This document shows, piece by piece, positions 17,937-28,283 of a DNA stretch of 64,000 bases. Position 1 is the stretch's first letter. Each line of letters starts with the position of its first letter. Origin of the DNA: Patescibacteria group bacterium (GTDB lineage: Bacteria > Patescibacteriota > UBA1384 > 2-12-FULL-50-11); assembly GCA_016861245.1 (NCBI GenBank), contig BOKZ01000001.1:347382-411381 (forward strand). The letters run 5' to 3'. The notes under the pieces were generated by a model. The model saw only the letters and a list, made by a program, of their open reading frames with translations, did not search any database and was not told where the DNA came from. The translations under genes and the position numbers were made by a program.

Positions 17937-18491
17937 CTCACCGATAGTTTGAGTTTGACGCTCTTCAAGCTGCTTAGCTGGGCTGTTTTGCCAGTTAACT
18001 ACGTATTTAGACCAATCTGCTAGAACTTCTTTTTGTGAGTTTTTTGGGAAGAAGCTGGCGATATCAACTGAGCTAACGGGCGCTATCTTTTCGCGAGAAA
18101 TAACAAGGTGGGGGATATCCCTGAGCAACTTTTTGCCCGATGCGACGTAAGCGAGCATCGTGTGATGGCCGTCAAACAATAGCAACTTTTCGTTTGGCAG
18201 TAGTACTAACTTACAATTCGGTAGGCCGTTCTCGTGAATAATCTCTTTACCTAGTATCACTTCGTTTTCCATCGAGGAAATCTGGCTCTTGTCTCGAATT
18301 CCGCTAGCGTTGTGTATTGGGACTATCTCTAGCAAGCTGGTGTTAGCGAAAAGCTCATTTGGAACTACTGGAAACCCTGACCAACTATCTACCACTCCCT
18401 CAACTGCCTCGTACGGTCCCTGTGCCTTAATGGAACGGGTGAAGTACCCGCTTTGTACAGTAGGAGAATAAATTTGAACATTGTAGATCAT
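17892..18491 (-). CDS. Hypothetical protein with a ParB/sulfiredoxin-like DGHH motif
   Basis: LLLFDGHHTMLAY; ATG at 18491 overlaps the upstream stop (ATGA). Confidence 0.6.
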   Translation of the reverse strand: MIYNVQIYSPTVQSGYFTRSIKAQGPYEAVEGVVDSWSGFPVVPNELFANTSLLEIVPIHNASGIRDKSQISSMENEVILGKEIIHENGLPNCKLVLLPNEKLLLFDGHHTMLAYVASGKKLLRDIPHLVISREKIAPVSSVDIASFFPKNSQKEVLADWSKYVVNWQNSPAKQLEERQTQTIGELAATLSDRDEAASK

Positions 18492-19486
18492 TTGTCTTCG
18501 GTTGTTAGTTGAGTATGTAATTCCTGGAAATTCTTCCAAATCTTCGGTAGGGTATTAAAGGCCTCGTTCGCAACGCGTGGAAATTGATCAGCCTCTTTTT
18601 GGTGAGTTTTATAATGCTCAAACCATTCGGCAAAGCTAGCAACCATCCGAGCGACTAAACCAAGAAAGATAACTTTTGCATTGTCTTGATCTGACTCCTT
18701 AACTTCTGAAAGAGATCGTTCAATAATAGTTTGTCGAAGGTTTGGTAGATCTATCGCAAACGACCAAAGCATCGCCCAATCAACAACGCGTGGTCCTAAC
18801 GTTGCTTCACCCCAATCTATCAAGCTGTAGCCAGATCTTGTTTCTAAGATGTTTTGTGGAGCAAGGTCGTTATGTAATAACCATTTTTCGTAAGCAGTGT
18901 CTTTAACGTTGGTAATCGCACTACGTAGCTGTCCGTCGGCGTCAGCTCCTAGATGCTTAATAACGTGGGCTGAGCGATCGTTGTATTCGGTTAACCACTT
19001 CGTCGGAAAATCTCGCTCTGTTAACAAATTAAGGTCAATATTCTCAGTTGTTGTATTGAGTTTGTCTCGAAGTGTTATTAGAAAATTAATAAAATCCTCT
19101 CGCTCAAACTCTGGTCGAATAAAGTTATTACCGACTGGTTCTCCCTCAACGAGGTAGCGAACTACCCACTGCGGTGATGCGACAAAATTAGTTTTAATTG
19201 TTTGCGAGACTTCCATTCCCAACTCAGTTAGCGACTGTGTGATATCTTTCTCGACAGTCTCGGATCGAATAAAGTCTTCGAGCGGCGTGGAGCTGTTAGC
19301 GGGAAGAATCTTTAATAGAACTTTACGGCCGTCAACGTAGGTGCCTGTTGACCAAATTTTTTTAATTCGACGCAAATCCCAAGCTGCCATTCGATCCAAT
19401 CGGTCGTATGACTCCTGGTCTATCTTAATTCCAACGTTTGCGGCAACGCTATCAACCAGTTGGCGAAGCGGGTTTTCGTTACTCAT
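18488..19486 (-). CDS. APH/choline kinase-like phosphotransferase
   Basis: VLLKI, LLHNDLAPQNIL (Brenner motif) and LIDWG. Confidence 0.85.
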   Translation of the reverse strand: MSNENPLRQLVDSVAANVGIKIDQESYDRLDRMAAWDLRRIKKIWSTGTYVDGRKVLLKILPANSSTPLEDFIRSETVEKDITQSLTELGMEVSQTIKTNFVASPQWVVRYLVEGEPVGNNFIRPEFEREDFINFLITLRDKLNTTTENIDLNLLTERDFPTKWLTEYNDRSAHVIKHLGADADGQLRSAITNVKDTAYEKWLLHNDLAPQNILETRSGYSLIDWGEATLGPRVVDWAMLWSFAIDLPNLRQTIIERSLSEVKESDQDNAKVIFLGLVARMVASFAEWFEHYKTHQKEADQFPRVANEAFNTLPKIWKNFQELHTQLTTEDK

Positions 19487-20519
19487 TCTTGGCTATTTGA
19501 GCAAGTTTTAAATACGCAAGTAGGTACGTCACGATCGACTCGGCGCCTTGGTTGCTATTAACACCTCCCGGCGTTAACGCATCGTATATCCCACCTGTGG
19601 TCGTGTTAATTAGTGTTTTTTGTTGCGTGTTACTACCTTCGTACCACTCGTACCAAGCTAACGCTCGTTTTAGGTACTCTGTTTCTTTTGTGAGTAGGTA
19701 TAATTCACCTGCGGCTAGCACCATATCAGCAGCTTCAAGCGGTTGTTGATCGTACAAAGCTTTTTCTTTTCCGCTCTGGTACCATCCGTCTTGCCCGATC
19801 GGTGATGGAACGCCATTGTGAGTACTAACTTCATCTAACCAACGGAATGTTTTAACAGCAATTTCCTCCAATTCTTTATCGTTCAAAAATATCGCTGCTC
19901 GAGCTAACGCATACGGCAAGATGCCGTTAGCGTAATATAACCCATCCTCAAACCAAACCCAGTCTTTCTTACTATTGGCGTGAAAAATCTTCTTGAGTTT
20001 GTCGGCCCATTTTTTAGCGTCGTCAAGTAGACCGGCACTTAATAATCCAAGCAGTATGTAGGCTTTTGTCCGTACGTGCTCGTGATCAAGATGTTTGTCA
20101 ATAATTGAGCGCTTAAGAATTGTTTGTGCGCGTTCTGCTAACTCGGTGCCGGGCTGCGAGGCGATTACTTCGCCAAGCGCCCAAACCGCTCGACCGATTG
20201 AATCTTCAGAGCCTTCGTGGTCGAGAATCTTTTCGGAGAAACTCACAAAATTATGGAAGGTACCGTCCTGGCGTTCAACTCTTTTTAAGTAATTAAAATA
20301 GATGTCCGCTAATTGAAGTATCGAGGGGTCTTGGAAAATTTTGTAATGCCACAAACAAACAATCAGCGCTCGCGCATTATCGTCGATCGAGTACCCAAAA
20401 CTTGGGTCAGGGACATCAAAATCGGCGTGCTGAATTAAACCGTCTTTGGTAGTTAATCGTTTAAGATGTCTGAGCTGTGGTCGCTCACGAAACCGATTTA
20501 GCAGCGATAGTTCTTCCAT
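19479..20519 (-). CDS. Six-hairpin glycosidase-like partner domain of GT4
   Basis: GLIQHA, GYSIDDNARAL, FHNF, SEDSIGRA, WFED, DQQPLE and NQGAES motifs. Confidence 0.8.
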   Translation of the reverse strand: MEELSLLNRFRERPQLRHLKRLTTKDGLIQHADFDVPDPSFGYSIDDNARALIVCLWHYKIFQDPSILQLADIYFNYLKRVERQDGTFHNFVSFSEKILDHEGSEDSIGRAVWALGEVIASQPGTELAERAQTILKRSIIDKHLDHEHVRTKAYILLGLLSAGLLDDAKKWADKLKKIFHANSKKDWVWFEDGLYYANGILPYALARAAIFLNDKELEEIAVKTFRWLDEVSTHNGVPSPIGQDGWYQSGKEKALYDQQPLEAADMVLAAGELYLLTKETEYLKRALAWYEWYEGSNTQQKTLINTTTGGIYDALTPGGVNSNQGAESIVTYLLAYLKLAQIAKNE

Positions 20520-21720
20520 GCTCTTTGGCCACGATCTCAAAAAGATCGAGGTGTCGCAACGCAACACGAGTCCAGATCATATTTCGTCCGTACGCGTAGG
20601 CTTTCTTTGATATTTCTTGGCGCTTCTTTGGATTGTCGAGTAAATCAATTACTTTCTCGGCGATATCTTCTGCAGTTAGTGAATCAAGCACTACCCCGCG
20701 TCCGTCGGCAAGAACGTCTTTTGCGTAAACGTAGGGTGTCGATACACACGGTAATCCGGCGCTAAGCGCGTACGAAAGAGTACCGGAAGAAACCTGCTCA
20801 AGGTTTGGATACGGTGTAATGTAAACATCAGTGATTCTTAAGAATTGAATAATCTCATCGAGCGTTAAGTAGTGGTTAACGAAGTCAACATGTTCTTCCA
20901 TCTTTAATTCTTTCACTAACTTCTCGAGCGACTCTCGGTACTCTTCGCCCTCATTTCGAACAACTACTGGATGTGTCTCACCTAATAGTAATAATTTGGT
21001 TTTGGGGTGTTTCTTAACGATCGTCGGCAGTGCCTTAATTGCGTGCTCGTAACCTTTTGAACGACTAAATAAACCAAAACTCGAGATAATATTCCAGCCG
21101 TTATAACCAAGTCTCTTTTTTGCTAATTTGTCTTGCCCGAACGGTACGTCAGGAACACCGTGAGGGATCGCCACAATTTTCTCTGGATTAACGCCGTATA
21201 TTTCAGTGAGCATCTTTCCTGCCGCCTCCACCATTACGATAATTGCTTCGGCTCGTTCCGCAACGCGCCGCACGGTTTCCAGCATTTTTGCTGACGGGTG
21301 CGGTAAAACTGTATGCAAGCAAACGACGACTGGTTTCGTAATTGCTTCGATGAACGGCAGAACGTATTCGCCTTCGACGCCGCCGTAGATACCAAACTCG
21401 TGTTGGAGATTAACGACTTCGGCACCCGATTGGTTAATGTAATCGGCTGCGTTCATCCAGCTTCGTAAATCTTCTTGATCAATTTTGTATTTTACTTCCC
21501 AGGGGTAGATCCGTGATTCAGCGCCTGATTTTTCATCGTCGATCGCCACAAAATCAGCCGTGTAATCTGGGTTTAGCTGGTTAATCGCTTTGGTGAGCGC
21601 GCGGCTATACGTTGCGATACCGCATTCTCTTGGCGTGTACGTTGAAACGTAAATCACGCGAATGTGCGGCTCGCTTGCGGCTAGTTGGGTAGCTAATCTA
21701 CTTTTTTGTTGAATAGTCAT
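20485..21720 (-). CDS. Glycosyltransferase family 4
   Basis: PRECGIATY, LQHEFGIYGG, IPHGVP, GETHP and SSGTLSYA motifs. Confidence 0.92.
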   Translation of the reverse strand: MTIQQKSRLATQLAASEPHIRVIYVSTYTPRECGIATYSRALTKAINQLNPDYTADFVAIDDEKSGAESRIYPWEVKYKIDQEDLRSWMNAADYINQSGAEVVNLQHEFGIYGGVEGEYVLPFIEAITKPVVVCLHTVLPHPSAKMLETVRRVAERAEAIIVMVEAAGKMLTEIYGVNPEKIVAIPHGVPDVPFGQDKLAKKRLGYNGWNIISSFGLFSRSKGYEHAIKALPTIVKKHPKTKLLLLGETHPVVVRNEGEEYRESLEKLVKELKMEEHVDFVNHYLTLDEIIQFLRITDVYITPYPNLEQVSSGTLSYALSAGLPCVSTPYVYAKDVLADGRGVVLDSLTAEDIAEKVIDLLDNPKKRQEISKKAYAYGRNMIWTRVALRHLDLFEIVAKEHGRTIAAKSVS

Positions 21721-21778
21721 TTTGAGTCAGTAAAGTTAACTAATTGTATAAAAATTAGTACTGATAATCAATCAGTTT

Positions 21779-22252
21779 TTAGAGTATTTGGCTTAGTGCG
21801 ATCGCCACCGCGTCGGCGGCGTCGTCGCCGAGTTTCTTCTTCTCGTCTATTCCGAAGTACTCCCGAATAAAGTTTTGAACATCCTTTTTCTTGGCATTCC
21901 CGTTGCCAAGCAGCACTTTTTTTAATCGAAGCGGCGCGATCTCAACAATCTCGATATTGGCTTGAGCAGCAGCTAGCAACACAACTCCGCGTGCCTGACC
22001 AACAGAGAAGGCGCTGGTTACGTTACGTGCAAAGAAAAGCGTCTCAATTGCAAGCAGGTCTGGTTTTATCTCGTTGAGTCGGTGGACGAGCTCTTCGTAA
22101 ATATGTTTGAGTTTCTGAGTTTCGGCTGAGTTTGGTGTCGTTACGATGCAATCAAAGTGAATAAGGTGTGGCTTGCTGTTGATCACTTCGATTAAGCCCA
22201 AACCTAGTCGGCCCGAGCCTGGATCAATTCCGAGAATTCTTTTACCCTCCAT
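21779..22252 (-). CDS. ruvC: Holliday junction resolvase RuvC
   Basis: ILGIDPG, AIETLFF, GQARGV and DDAADAVAIA motifs. Confidence 0.95.
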   Translation of the reverse strand: MEGKRILGIDPGSGRLGLGLIEVINSKPHLIHFDCIVTTPNSAETQKLKHIYEELVHRLNEIKPDLLAIETLFFARNVTSAFSVGQARGVVLLAAAQANIEIVEIAPLRLKKVLLGNGNAKKKDVQNFIREYFGIDEKKKLGDDAADAVAIALSQIL

Positions 22253-22258
22253 GATTTG

Positions 22259-22987
22259 TTACTGTAGCAGCTCCGGCGCGACATCTATATTACTGTGAAC
22301 ATTGGTCACATCATCGATATCGTCAAGGATTTCGCTTAATTTCATTACTTTTTCAGCCACTTGTTTGTTGCTAATCACAATTGTTGATAACGGATGAAAT
22401 TCAAAACCGATCTCGTTACTTACAAATCCAGCTGTTTCAAGGTTCTTTCGAACCAGCTGGAGTTCCTTTGGATCTGTATAAATAAAAACACTGTCGCTAT
22501 CGGCATCTACATCTTCGGCGCCAGCGTCGATCGAGGCCAGCTCTGCTTCTTCAGCGTTAACGTTCTCTAAGACAATTTGCCCTCGCTTTTTAAATAGATA
22601 CCCAACTGATCCGCTTTCAGCTAACTTACCGTCGTATTTGTTTAACACTGCACGAATCTCGCCGACAGTACGATTCCGATTATCGGTTGCGGTTTCAATT
22701 AGAAATGCAGTGCCACCTGGTCCGTAGGCTTCAAAGACAACTTCCTCTAATACTGCGCCACCCGAGCCTTTGACGCGCTCGATCGCTCGTTCGATATTAT
22801 CTTTTGGCATATTGGCGGCCTTGGCTTTATCGATGGCGATACGCAGTTGGAAGTTCATCTCCGGGTCAGTGCCGTTTCGAGCAGCCACTGTAATCGCGTT
22901 GGCGAGTTTAGCGAAAACAGCGCCGCGCCGTTGATCGGCGACGCCTTTTTGACGTTTAATTTGTGCCCATTTCGAGTGGCCAGCCAT
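22259..22987 (-). CDS. yebC: YebC/PmpR family protein
   Basis: MAGHSKWAQIKRQK, NMPKDNIERAI, YGPGG and TDNRNRT motifs. Confidence 0.96.
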   Translation of the reverse strand: MAGHSKWAQIKRQKGVADQRRGAVFAKLANAITVAARNGTDPEMNFQLRIAIDKAKAANMPKDNIERAIERVKGSGGAVLEEVVFEAYGPGGTAFLIETATDNRNRTVGEIRAVLNKYDGKLAESGSVGYLFKKRGQIVLENVNAEEAELASIDAGAEDVDADSDSVFIYTDPKELQLVRKNLETAGFVSNEIGFEFHPLSTIVISNKQVAEKVMKLSEILDDIDDVTNVHSNIDVAPELLQ

Positions 22988-23090
22988 ATTAATTCTCCAC
23001 CTTATTCCCTATATCTGGCCAAGAAGAAATACGAGGAAGCGCAGTTGTTTCACAACGAGCAAGCTCGTAATTCGAGTGGCCAGCCATATT
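22971..23090 (-). repeat. Insertion duplicating the yebC start
   Basis: Exact 20-bp direct repeat TTCGAGTGGCCAGCCATATT at 22971-22990 and 23071-23090; degenerate inverted copy at 23011-23025. Confidence 0.85.
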
Positions 23091-23124
23091 CAAATTTTAC
23101 CGTACAAAAGCCGAAAGAGCGAGA

Positions 23125-23991
23125 TTATTTCGTGCTCCGGTACGAGAAGTTATCGACTGTTAAATCGATTTGAATTGTGCCGCGCTCGTCAGTTCTAAGT
23201 ATAGGGATGTTGTATTTAGTAAGTCTCGACAAAACGTCTTGATGCGGATGGCCGTACGAGTTTTTGCCGACTGAGATGAGCGCCAGTTTTGGTTTTACTG
23301 CTTCTAAAAACGCTTCGGTCGAGCTCGTACGACTACCTTGGTGGCCGACTTTTAACACCGTCACCGGTCGCAATACTCCTTTTTGGAGTAACACCATTTC
23401 TTGCTCTTTCTCCATATCGCCGGTTAGTAGTAGCGATTGCGTTCCGTACTGCCAGTAAGTAACGATCGACTCCCAGTTTTGGTTCTCTGGGAGTTGCCCG
23501 ATTTTCGGTTCAATCGGCCAAAGGACGATTCCGTTCAGCGCGCCGAATATTACCGTTTGCCCGGCTTTAACTGTTTTGGTCGGTATGCCTTTCTCTCGAA
23601 TTAACTCTAAAAAGTTTCGATAACCGTCGGTGGTGTGAACAACGCCGGTAATCCAAAGCTCTTTAACGGTATATCGACGCAAGACTTCTATTACCCCGCT
23701 TATATGATCTGAGTGGTTGTGCGTTAAAATTACCAAATCTAGCTCGCGATCGTTAAGCGGCAGCACACGCGATAACTCGCGAGTGATTGTTGCATCTGGT
23801 CCGCCGTCAATTAGTATTTGTTGCCGATCTGGCGTTTCGAGTAACATTGCGTCGCCCTGTCCGACGTCGAACAGCCAATATCGAAGCGTCGGGTGCTTCG
23901 CTTCCTCTGCTGAGAAACTTTGAAAACCGATAACGATTAACGCCAGAACTGCTAGTGTTGTGACGAACCGGGCGACGCCGTTATCTCTCAT
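23125..23991 (-). CDS. ComEC-associated MBL-fold nuclease
   Basis: DVGQGDA, IDGG, THNHSDH, LLTGD, KVGHQGS and YGHPH motifs. Confidence 0.9.
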   Translation of the reverse strand: MRDNGVARFVTTLAVLALIVIGFQSFSAEEAKHPTLRYWLFDVGQGDAMLLETPDRQQILIDGGPDATITRELSRVLPLNDRELDLVILTHNHSDHISGVIEVLRRYTVKELWITGVVHTTDGYRNFLELIREKGIPTKTVKAGQTVIFGALNGIVLWPIEPKIGQLPENQNWESIVTYWQYGTQSLLLTGDMEKEQEMVLLQKGVLRPVTVLKVGHQGSRTSSTEAFLEAVKPKLALISVGKNSYGHPHQDVLSRLTKYNIPILRTDERGTIQIDLTVDNFSYRSTK

Positions 23992-25183
23992 TGGGCTTGT
24001 ACTTAATTTGAAGGTACTCAGTTGTAGCAATAAACAATAGCAGCAACGCGATGCACCATGCCCAAGAAATGCTTATAGAGTACGACGCAAAATCGAACGA
24101 AGAGAAATACTGACTAACAAATAACGCCCAGGTCAGTATCGGCCAACCGAGCATTAATAGCCAACTACCCAGCGCTGGCACAACAAATACCAGCATCGAT
24201 CCGATTAAACCGATCGCCATAACTAACGGTATTAGGGGGACAACCAGCACATTTGTGAGCGGCGCCACGATCGATAAACGTTCAAAAACCAGTAAAATAA
24301 TCGGACTAGTAAGGAGAATCGCGCCGAACGTCTCGCCAAGTACCGTTGCTAGTGTTTTCGGTGTTTTAATCCTCTCCAAGCTTTCGCGAATTAGCGGGCT
24401 GACCCGGAGTAGCCCGTACGTTGCGGCGATCGATAACTGGAACCCGACATCAAAGATAATCTTCGGCTCAAATATTGTTAGTACACCGGCGGCAGTTAGT
24501 AATATCAATAGCGAGCTGCGCGGTCGGCCGAGGTGCTCACCCAGGAGGATTAGGCCGACCATCAATCCGGCTCGTAAGATCGATGACGGTGCGCCGGTGA
24601 TCACGATAAATAAGCCTATTACTGCTAACCCAAGCCAAAAAACATTACGACCAAGTATCGGGCGAAATACTGTACGAACGTTTGCGACAAGTATCGTTAA
24701 GTTGTAGCCAGAGACGGCGATAATATGGCTCAATCCAACTAGGCGAAACTGGTCGACTAGCTCTTTATCTAGTTTAATACGATTTCCGAGCAGAATACCG
24801 CTGAGTAGCGAGCTCTGCGGCTCGGGAACAGCTGAGATTATTTTGTCGATTAGATTGTCCCGTAATAGAATTAACTTCTCACTCACGGTGCCGATAAATT
24901 GCGGATGAAACCAAGATTCGCCGTTTGTGAAATTCCACAATAACATTCCGCCGCTGGCGCCAACTAGTAGTACTGCCGTCGCTTCAACCCTGGGTTCCTG
25001 ACCGCTCCAAAAAATTAACACCCATAGTCCGAAAATCCAGTAGAGCGTTTCGTTTGGCAACGAAATGTATCGAGCGATAATAACTCCAGAAATTAGCCCG
25101 ATCCAAAACGCGGCGAGCTGTCTTGATGGTGCCCACCAATTTAACCTCATACGTCGCCAGAACTCTTCCATGGCTCTATTCAT
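23981..25183 (-). CDS. comEC: ComEC/Rec2 competence channel domain (start approximate)
   Basis: GILLG, GLSHIIAVSGYN, SILRA and GFQLS motifs. Confidence 0.9.
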   Translation of the reverse strand: MNRAMEEFWRRMRLNWWAPSRQLAAFWIGLISGVIIARYISLPNETLYWIFGLWVLIFWSGQEPRVEATAVLLVGASGGMLLWNFTNGESWFHPQFIGTVSEKLILLRDNLIDKIISAVPEPQSSLLSGILLGNRIKLDKELVDQFRLVGLSHIIAVSGYNLTILVANVRTVFRPILGRNVFWLGLAVIGLFIVITGAPSSILRAGLMVGLILLGEHLGRPRSSLLILLTAAGVLTIFEPKIIFDVGFQLSIAATYGLLRVSPLIRESLERIKTPKTLATVLGETFGAILLTSPIILLVFERLSIVAPLTNVLVVPLIPLVMAIGLIGSMLVFVVPALGSWLLMLGWPILTWALFVSQYFSSFDFASYSISISWAWCIALLLLFIATTEYLQIKYKPNER

Positions 25184-25243
25184 ATACATATGTCGATTAT
25201 TTTGCGAGGGTGCAACTAGACTCTTTGTACCGAGTTTCGTACA

Positions 25244-25777
25244 ATGCCACCGATGACTCCGGGTAAAAAGAAAAAAACTGAAAGCACAGAAGTCTCCAAG
25301 TTGAAGGAGCAACTAGCGCAAGCTAACGAAGCCAGACTTCGTATGGCGGCAGACTACGCTAACTTGGAAAAACGCATTCAAGAAGAACGAATTGCGCTTC
25401 GCAGTTCGGCGACAACAGAGCTTTTAGAAAAGCTTTTTCCGATTATGGACAACCTGTACCGTTCAAGTACATACGCGCCGACGATTCCAATTAATGATGA
25501 TTTCGGCAAACTTTCTGAAGAAGATTTTAAAAAAATTGCTAATTATTTTAAGGGTCTGCGTTTAGTTGAACAGCAGCTCGAAGCGACACTGGCCGCAGCC
25601 GGGCTGGAACGTATCCCGACTAAAGGCCAACCATTTAACCACAACTTGCACGAGGCGATTTCGTATGAAAACAGCACCGAAGTTCCAGCTGAACATATTA
25701 TCGACGAGGTCGAATCCGGCTGGCAGATAAACGGGAAAGTACTAAAACCTGCCAAAGTCCGTGTTTCACAGGGTTAA
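25244..25777 (+). CDS. grpE: Nucleotide exchange factor GrpE
   Basis: ADYANLEKR, FNHNLHEA and KVLKPAKVRV motifs. Confidence 0.93.
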   Translation: MPPMTPGKKKKTESTEVSKLKEQLAQANEARLRMAADYANLEKRIQEERIALRSSATTELLEKLFPIMDNLYRSSTYAPTIPINDDFGKLSEEDFKKIANYFKGLRLVEQQLEATLAAAGLERIPTKGQPFNHNLHEAISYENSTEVPAEHIIDEVESGWQINGKVLKPAKVRVSQG

Positions 25778-25791
25778 AAAATAACCCCGGA

Positions 25792-26277
25792 TTATCCGAG
25801 GTTTGATTGTTTGAAAATTGTTTCGTATTCCTTTTTGTAACGATGAGCGTAGCTATTTGCCATGATTTCAAACGGATGGAGCAAGTACGTTACCATCATC
25901 ACAGGAATAAACCACCACCAAGTAGTGATTACGGAAATAATCGTCGGCACAGTTAAGATGACCGGCCAATACGATAAGTCGTGGATCCACATCGGCCAAT
26001 TTCGAAGCGTTACTGCGTGGCCGACTTCATGGGCGGTGTAGAAGCTTAGTCGTCCAGTAGGCTTGAATAGCTTTGGGGCTAGGAAAATGAATTTCGTATG
26101 GTGATTGTATGCGCCCTTCGGTCCAAGCCCTAAAGAAATTGCAATTCGTCCCAACCAGGCAATCCACGGATATCCTCGAAGGTCGGGTTCATCGAAGTGA
26201 AAATGAAGATATTCTTTCACTCCGTGAGAAGCTGCCAGACGGTTAATTTCCTCGAAAGGGAAACTATTAAAGTTCAT
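25792..26277 (-). CDS. Putative membrane zinc metalloprotease (HExxH)
   Basis: AHEVGH...FEIMANSYA gluzincin-like pattern with TM segments. Confidence 0.6.
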   Translation of the reverse strand: MNFNSFPFEEINRLAASHGVKEYLHFHFDEPDLRGYPWIAWLGRIAISLGLGPKGAYNHHTKFIFLAPKLFKPTGRLSFYTAHEVGHAVTLRNWPMWIHDLSYWPVILTVPTIISVITTWWWFIPVMMVTYLLHPFEIMANSYAHRYKKEYETIFKQSNLG

Positions 26278-26331
26278 AAGGTGAATTATAAGATTTACGT
26301 AGTAGTATTTCAACGGTTTTAAACTATTTTC

Positions 26332-26359
26332 TTGACAAATGTAAAGGAAACTTTACAAT
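26332..26359 (+). promoter_or_regulatory. dnaK promoter with an overlapping palindrome
   Basis: TTGACA-16 bp-TACAAT; TGTAAAG-GAAA-CTTTACA at 26340-26357. Confidence 0.7.
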
Positions 26360-26393
26360 TTTTTTGTAATGCAAAATCTAACGGAGGAATTCC

Positions 26394-28283
26394 ATGGGTA
26401 AAATAATTGGTATCGACTTAGGAACTACTAACTCGGCGGCGGCTGTAATGGAAGGCGGCAAAGCCAAAATGATTCCAACCGCCGAAGGCGGAAATTTAGT
26501 GCCATCAATTGTGGCGATTAATAAAAAAGGCGAACGATTAGTTGGTCAGCTTGCCAAACGTCAATCAGTTACTAATCCAGAAAACACTATTTATTCGGTT
26601 AAGCGATTAATTGGACGCAAATTCGAAGACGACGAAGTCCAGCGGGATATTAAACTTATGCCGTACAAGATTGTTAAGGCTGGTGAAGGTACAAAGGTAA
26701 AAATGGGCGATAAAGAGTACTCGCCGCAAGAAGTTTCCTCGATGATTTTGGCTAAGATTAAGGCTGACGCCGAAAGTTATCTCGGCGAAAAAGTCGACGG
26801 CGCGGTTGTTACCGTTCCAGCTTATTTTAACGACTCGCAGCGCCAAGCTACTAAAGACGCCGGCACTATTGCTGGTTTAGAAGTTAAGCGAATCATTAAC
26901 GAGCCAACCGCAGCCGCACTTGCGTACGGGCTCGGTAAGGAAACTAAAAAAGATCAGAAAATCGCGATCTACGATTTCGGGGGTGGTACGTTTGATATCA
27001 CTATTATCGAAGTCGGAGAAACCGACGGCGAGTCGAGCTTTGAAGTGCTATCCACTAACGGCGACACCCACCTCGGCGGAGACGATCTCGATCTTAAGGT
27101 TATGGATTGGGTTGTTGAAGAATTTAACAAGTCCGAAGGTATGGATCTTAAGGGCGACGCGATGGCGATGCAACGGATTAAAGAGGCGGTCGAAAAAGCC
27201 AAGATCGAACTCTCAACCACACAGGAAGCTGAGATTAATCTGCCGTTTATCGCAGCCGACGCCGACGGTCCAAAAAACTTAGTAACGACCTTAACTCGTG
27301 CCAAGCTCGAGCAGCTGACTGGTGAACTAATCAAAAAGACCGTCACCATTTGCGAATCAGCGATTAAAGACGCCAAGCTCTCCAAGAGCGATATCGACGA
27401 AGTGATTTTGGTTGGTGGTATGACCCGAATGCCGTTAATTCAAGAAACGGTTAAAGAAGTTTTCGGTAAAGAGCCATCAAAGGGTGTCAACCCAGACGAA
27501 GCGGTTGCGCTCGGCGCCGCGCTACAAGCAGGTGTTCTGTCGGGCGAAGTGAAAGATATTCTGTTACTCGATGTAACGCCCCTCACGCTCGGTCTTGAAA
27601 CTCTCGGTGGTGTAATGACGCCATTAATCACTCGAAATACCACTATTCCGGCATCGAAAACCGAGACGTTCTCCACCGCTGCAGATAACCAAACATCAGT
27701 TGAGATTCATGTTCTCCAAGGCGAGCGACCGATGGCAAGCGACAATCGAACACTCGGTAAGTTTCATCTTGATGGCATCCCAACCGCGCCACGCGGCGTC
27801 CCGCAGATCGAAGTCACATTTGATATTGACGCTAACGGAATTCTTAACGTTTCGGCTAAAGACAAAGCCACCAACAAAGAGCAAAAAATCACCATCACTT
27901 CTTCGAGTGGTCTGTCGGATGACGAGATCGAAAAGATGAAAGCCGAAGCCGAAAAACACGCCGAAGAAGACAAAAAGAAAAAAGAACTCGTTGAGCAGCG
28001 CAATCTGGCCGAAGCACTTATCCACACCGCCGAAAAATCACTCAAAGACGCTGGAGATAAAGTAAAACCAGAAGATAAACGGGAAGTCGAAGATGCGATT
28101 ACAGCTACTCGCGCCGCACTAGGTGGCGACGACGTTGAGAAAGTAAAAACCGAAGCCGAAAAACTATCAGCTGCCATGCAAAAAGTCGGCCAAGCGATGT
28201 ACGAACAACCGGCCGAGCCAGCACCTGGTGATGAGAAAAAGTCCGAAGAAACATCTTCAGACGAGCCAAAAGAAACAAAATAA
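26394..28283 (+). CDS. dnaK: Chaperone DnaK (Hsp70)
   Basis: [33 protein letters not shown] and [13 protein letters not shown] motifs. Confidence 0.99.
   Translation: MGKIIGIDLGTTNSAAAVMEGGKAKMIPTAEGGNLVPSIVAINKKGERLVGQLAKRQSVTNPENTIYSVKRLIGRKFEDDEVQRDIKLMPYKIVKAGEGTKVKMGDKEYSPQEVSSMILAKIKADAESYLGEKVDGAVVTVPAYFNDSQRQATKDAGTIAGLEVKRIINEPTAAALAYGLGKETKKDQKIAIYDFGGGTFDITIIEVGETDGESSFEVLSTNGDTHLGGDDLDLKVMDWVVEEFNKSEGMDLKGDAMAMQRIKEAVEKAKIELSTTQEAEINLPFIAADADGPKNLVTTLTRAKLEQLTGELIKKTVTICESAIKDAKLSKSDIDEVILVGGMTRMPLIQETVKEVFGKEPSKGVNPDEAVALGAALQAGVLSGEVKDILLLDVTPLTLGLETLGGVMTPLITRNTTIPASKTETFSTAADNQTSVEIHVLQGERPMASDNRTLGKFHLDGIPTAPRGVPQIEVTFDIDANGILNVSAKDKATNKEQKITITSSSGLSDDEIEKMKAEAEKHAEEDKKKKELVEQRNLAEALIHTAEKSLKDAGDKVKPEDKREVEDAITATRAALGGDDVEKVKTEAEKLSAAMQKVGQAMYEQPAEPAPGDEKKSEETSSDEPKETK

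Noticed and set aside
22847-23173. 108-aa plus-strand ORF across the yebC start
   Set aside because: It is antisense to yebC and the ComEC-MBL gene with no recognisable motif.
25184-25312. N-terminal extension of comEC in the ORF track
   Set aside because: It overlaps divergent grpE, and downstream ATGs give a sensible start.
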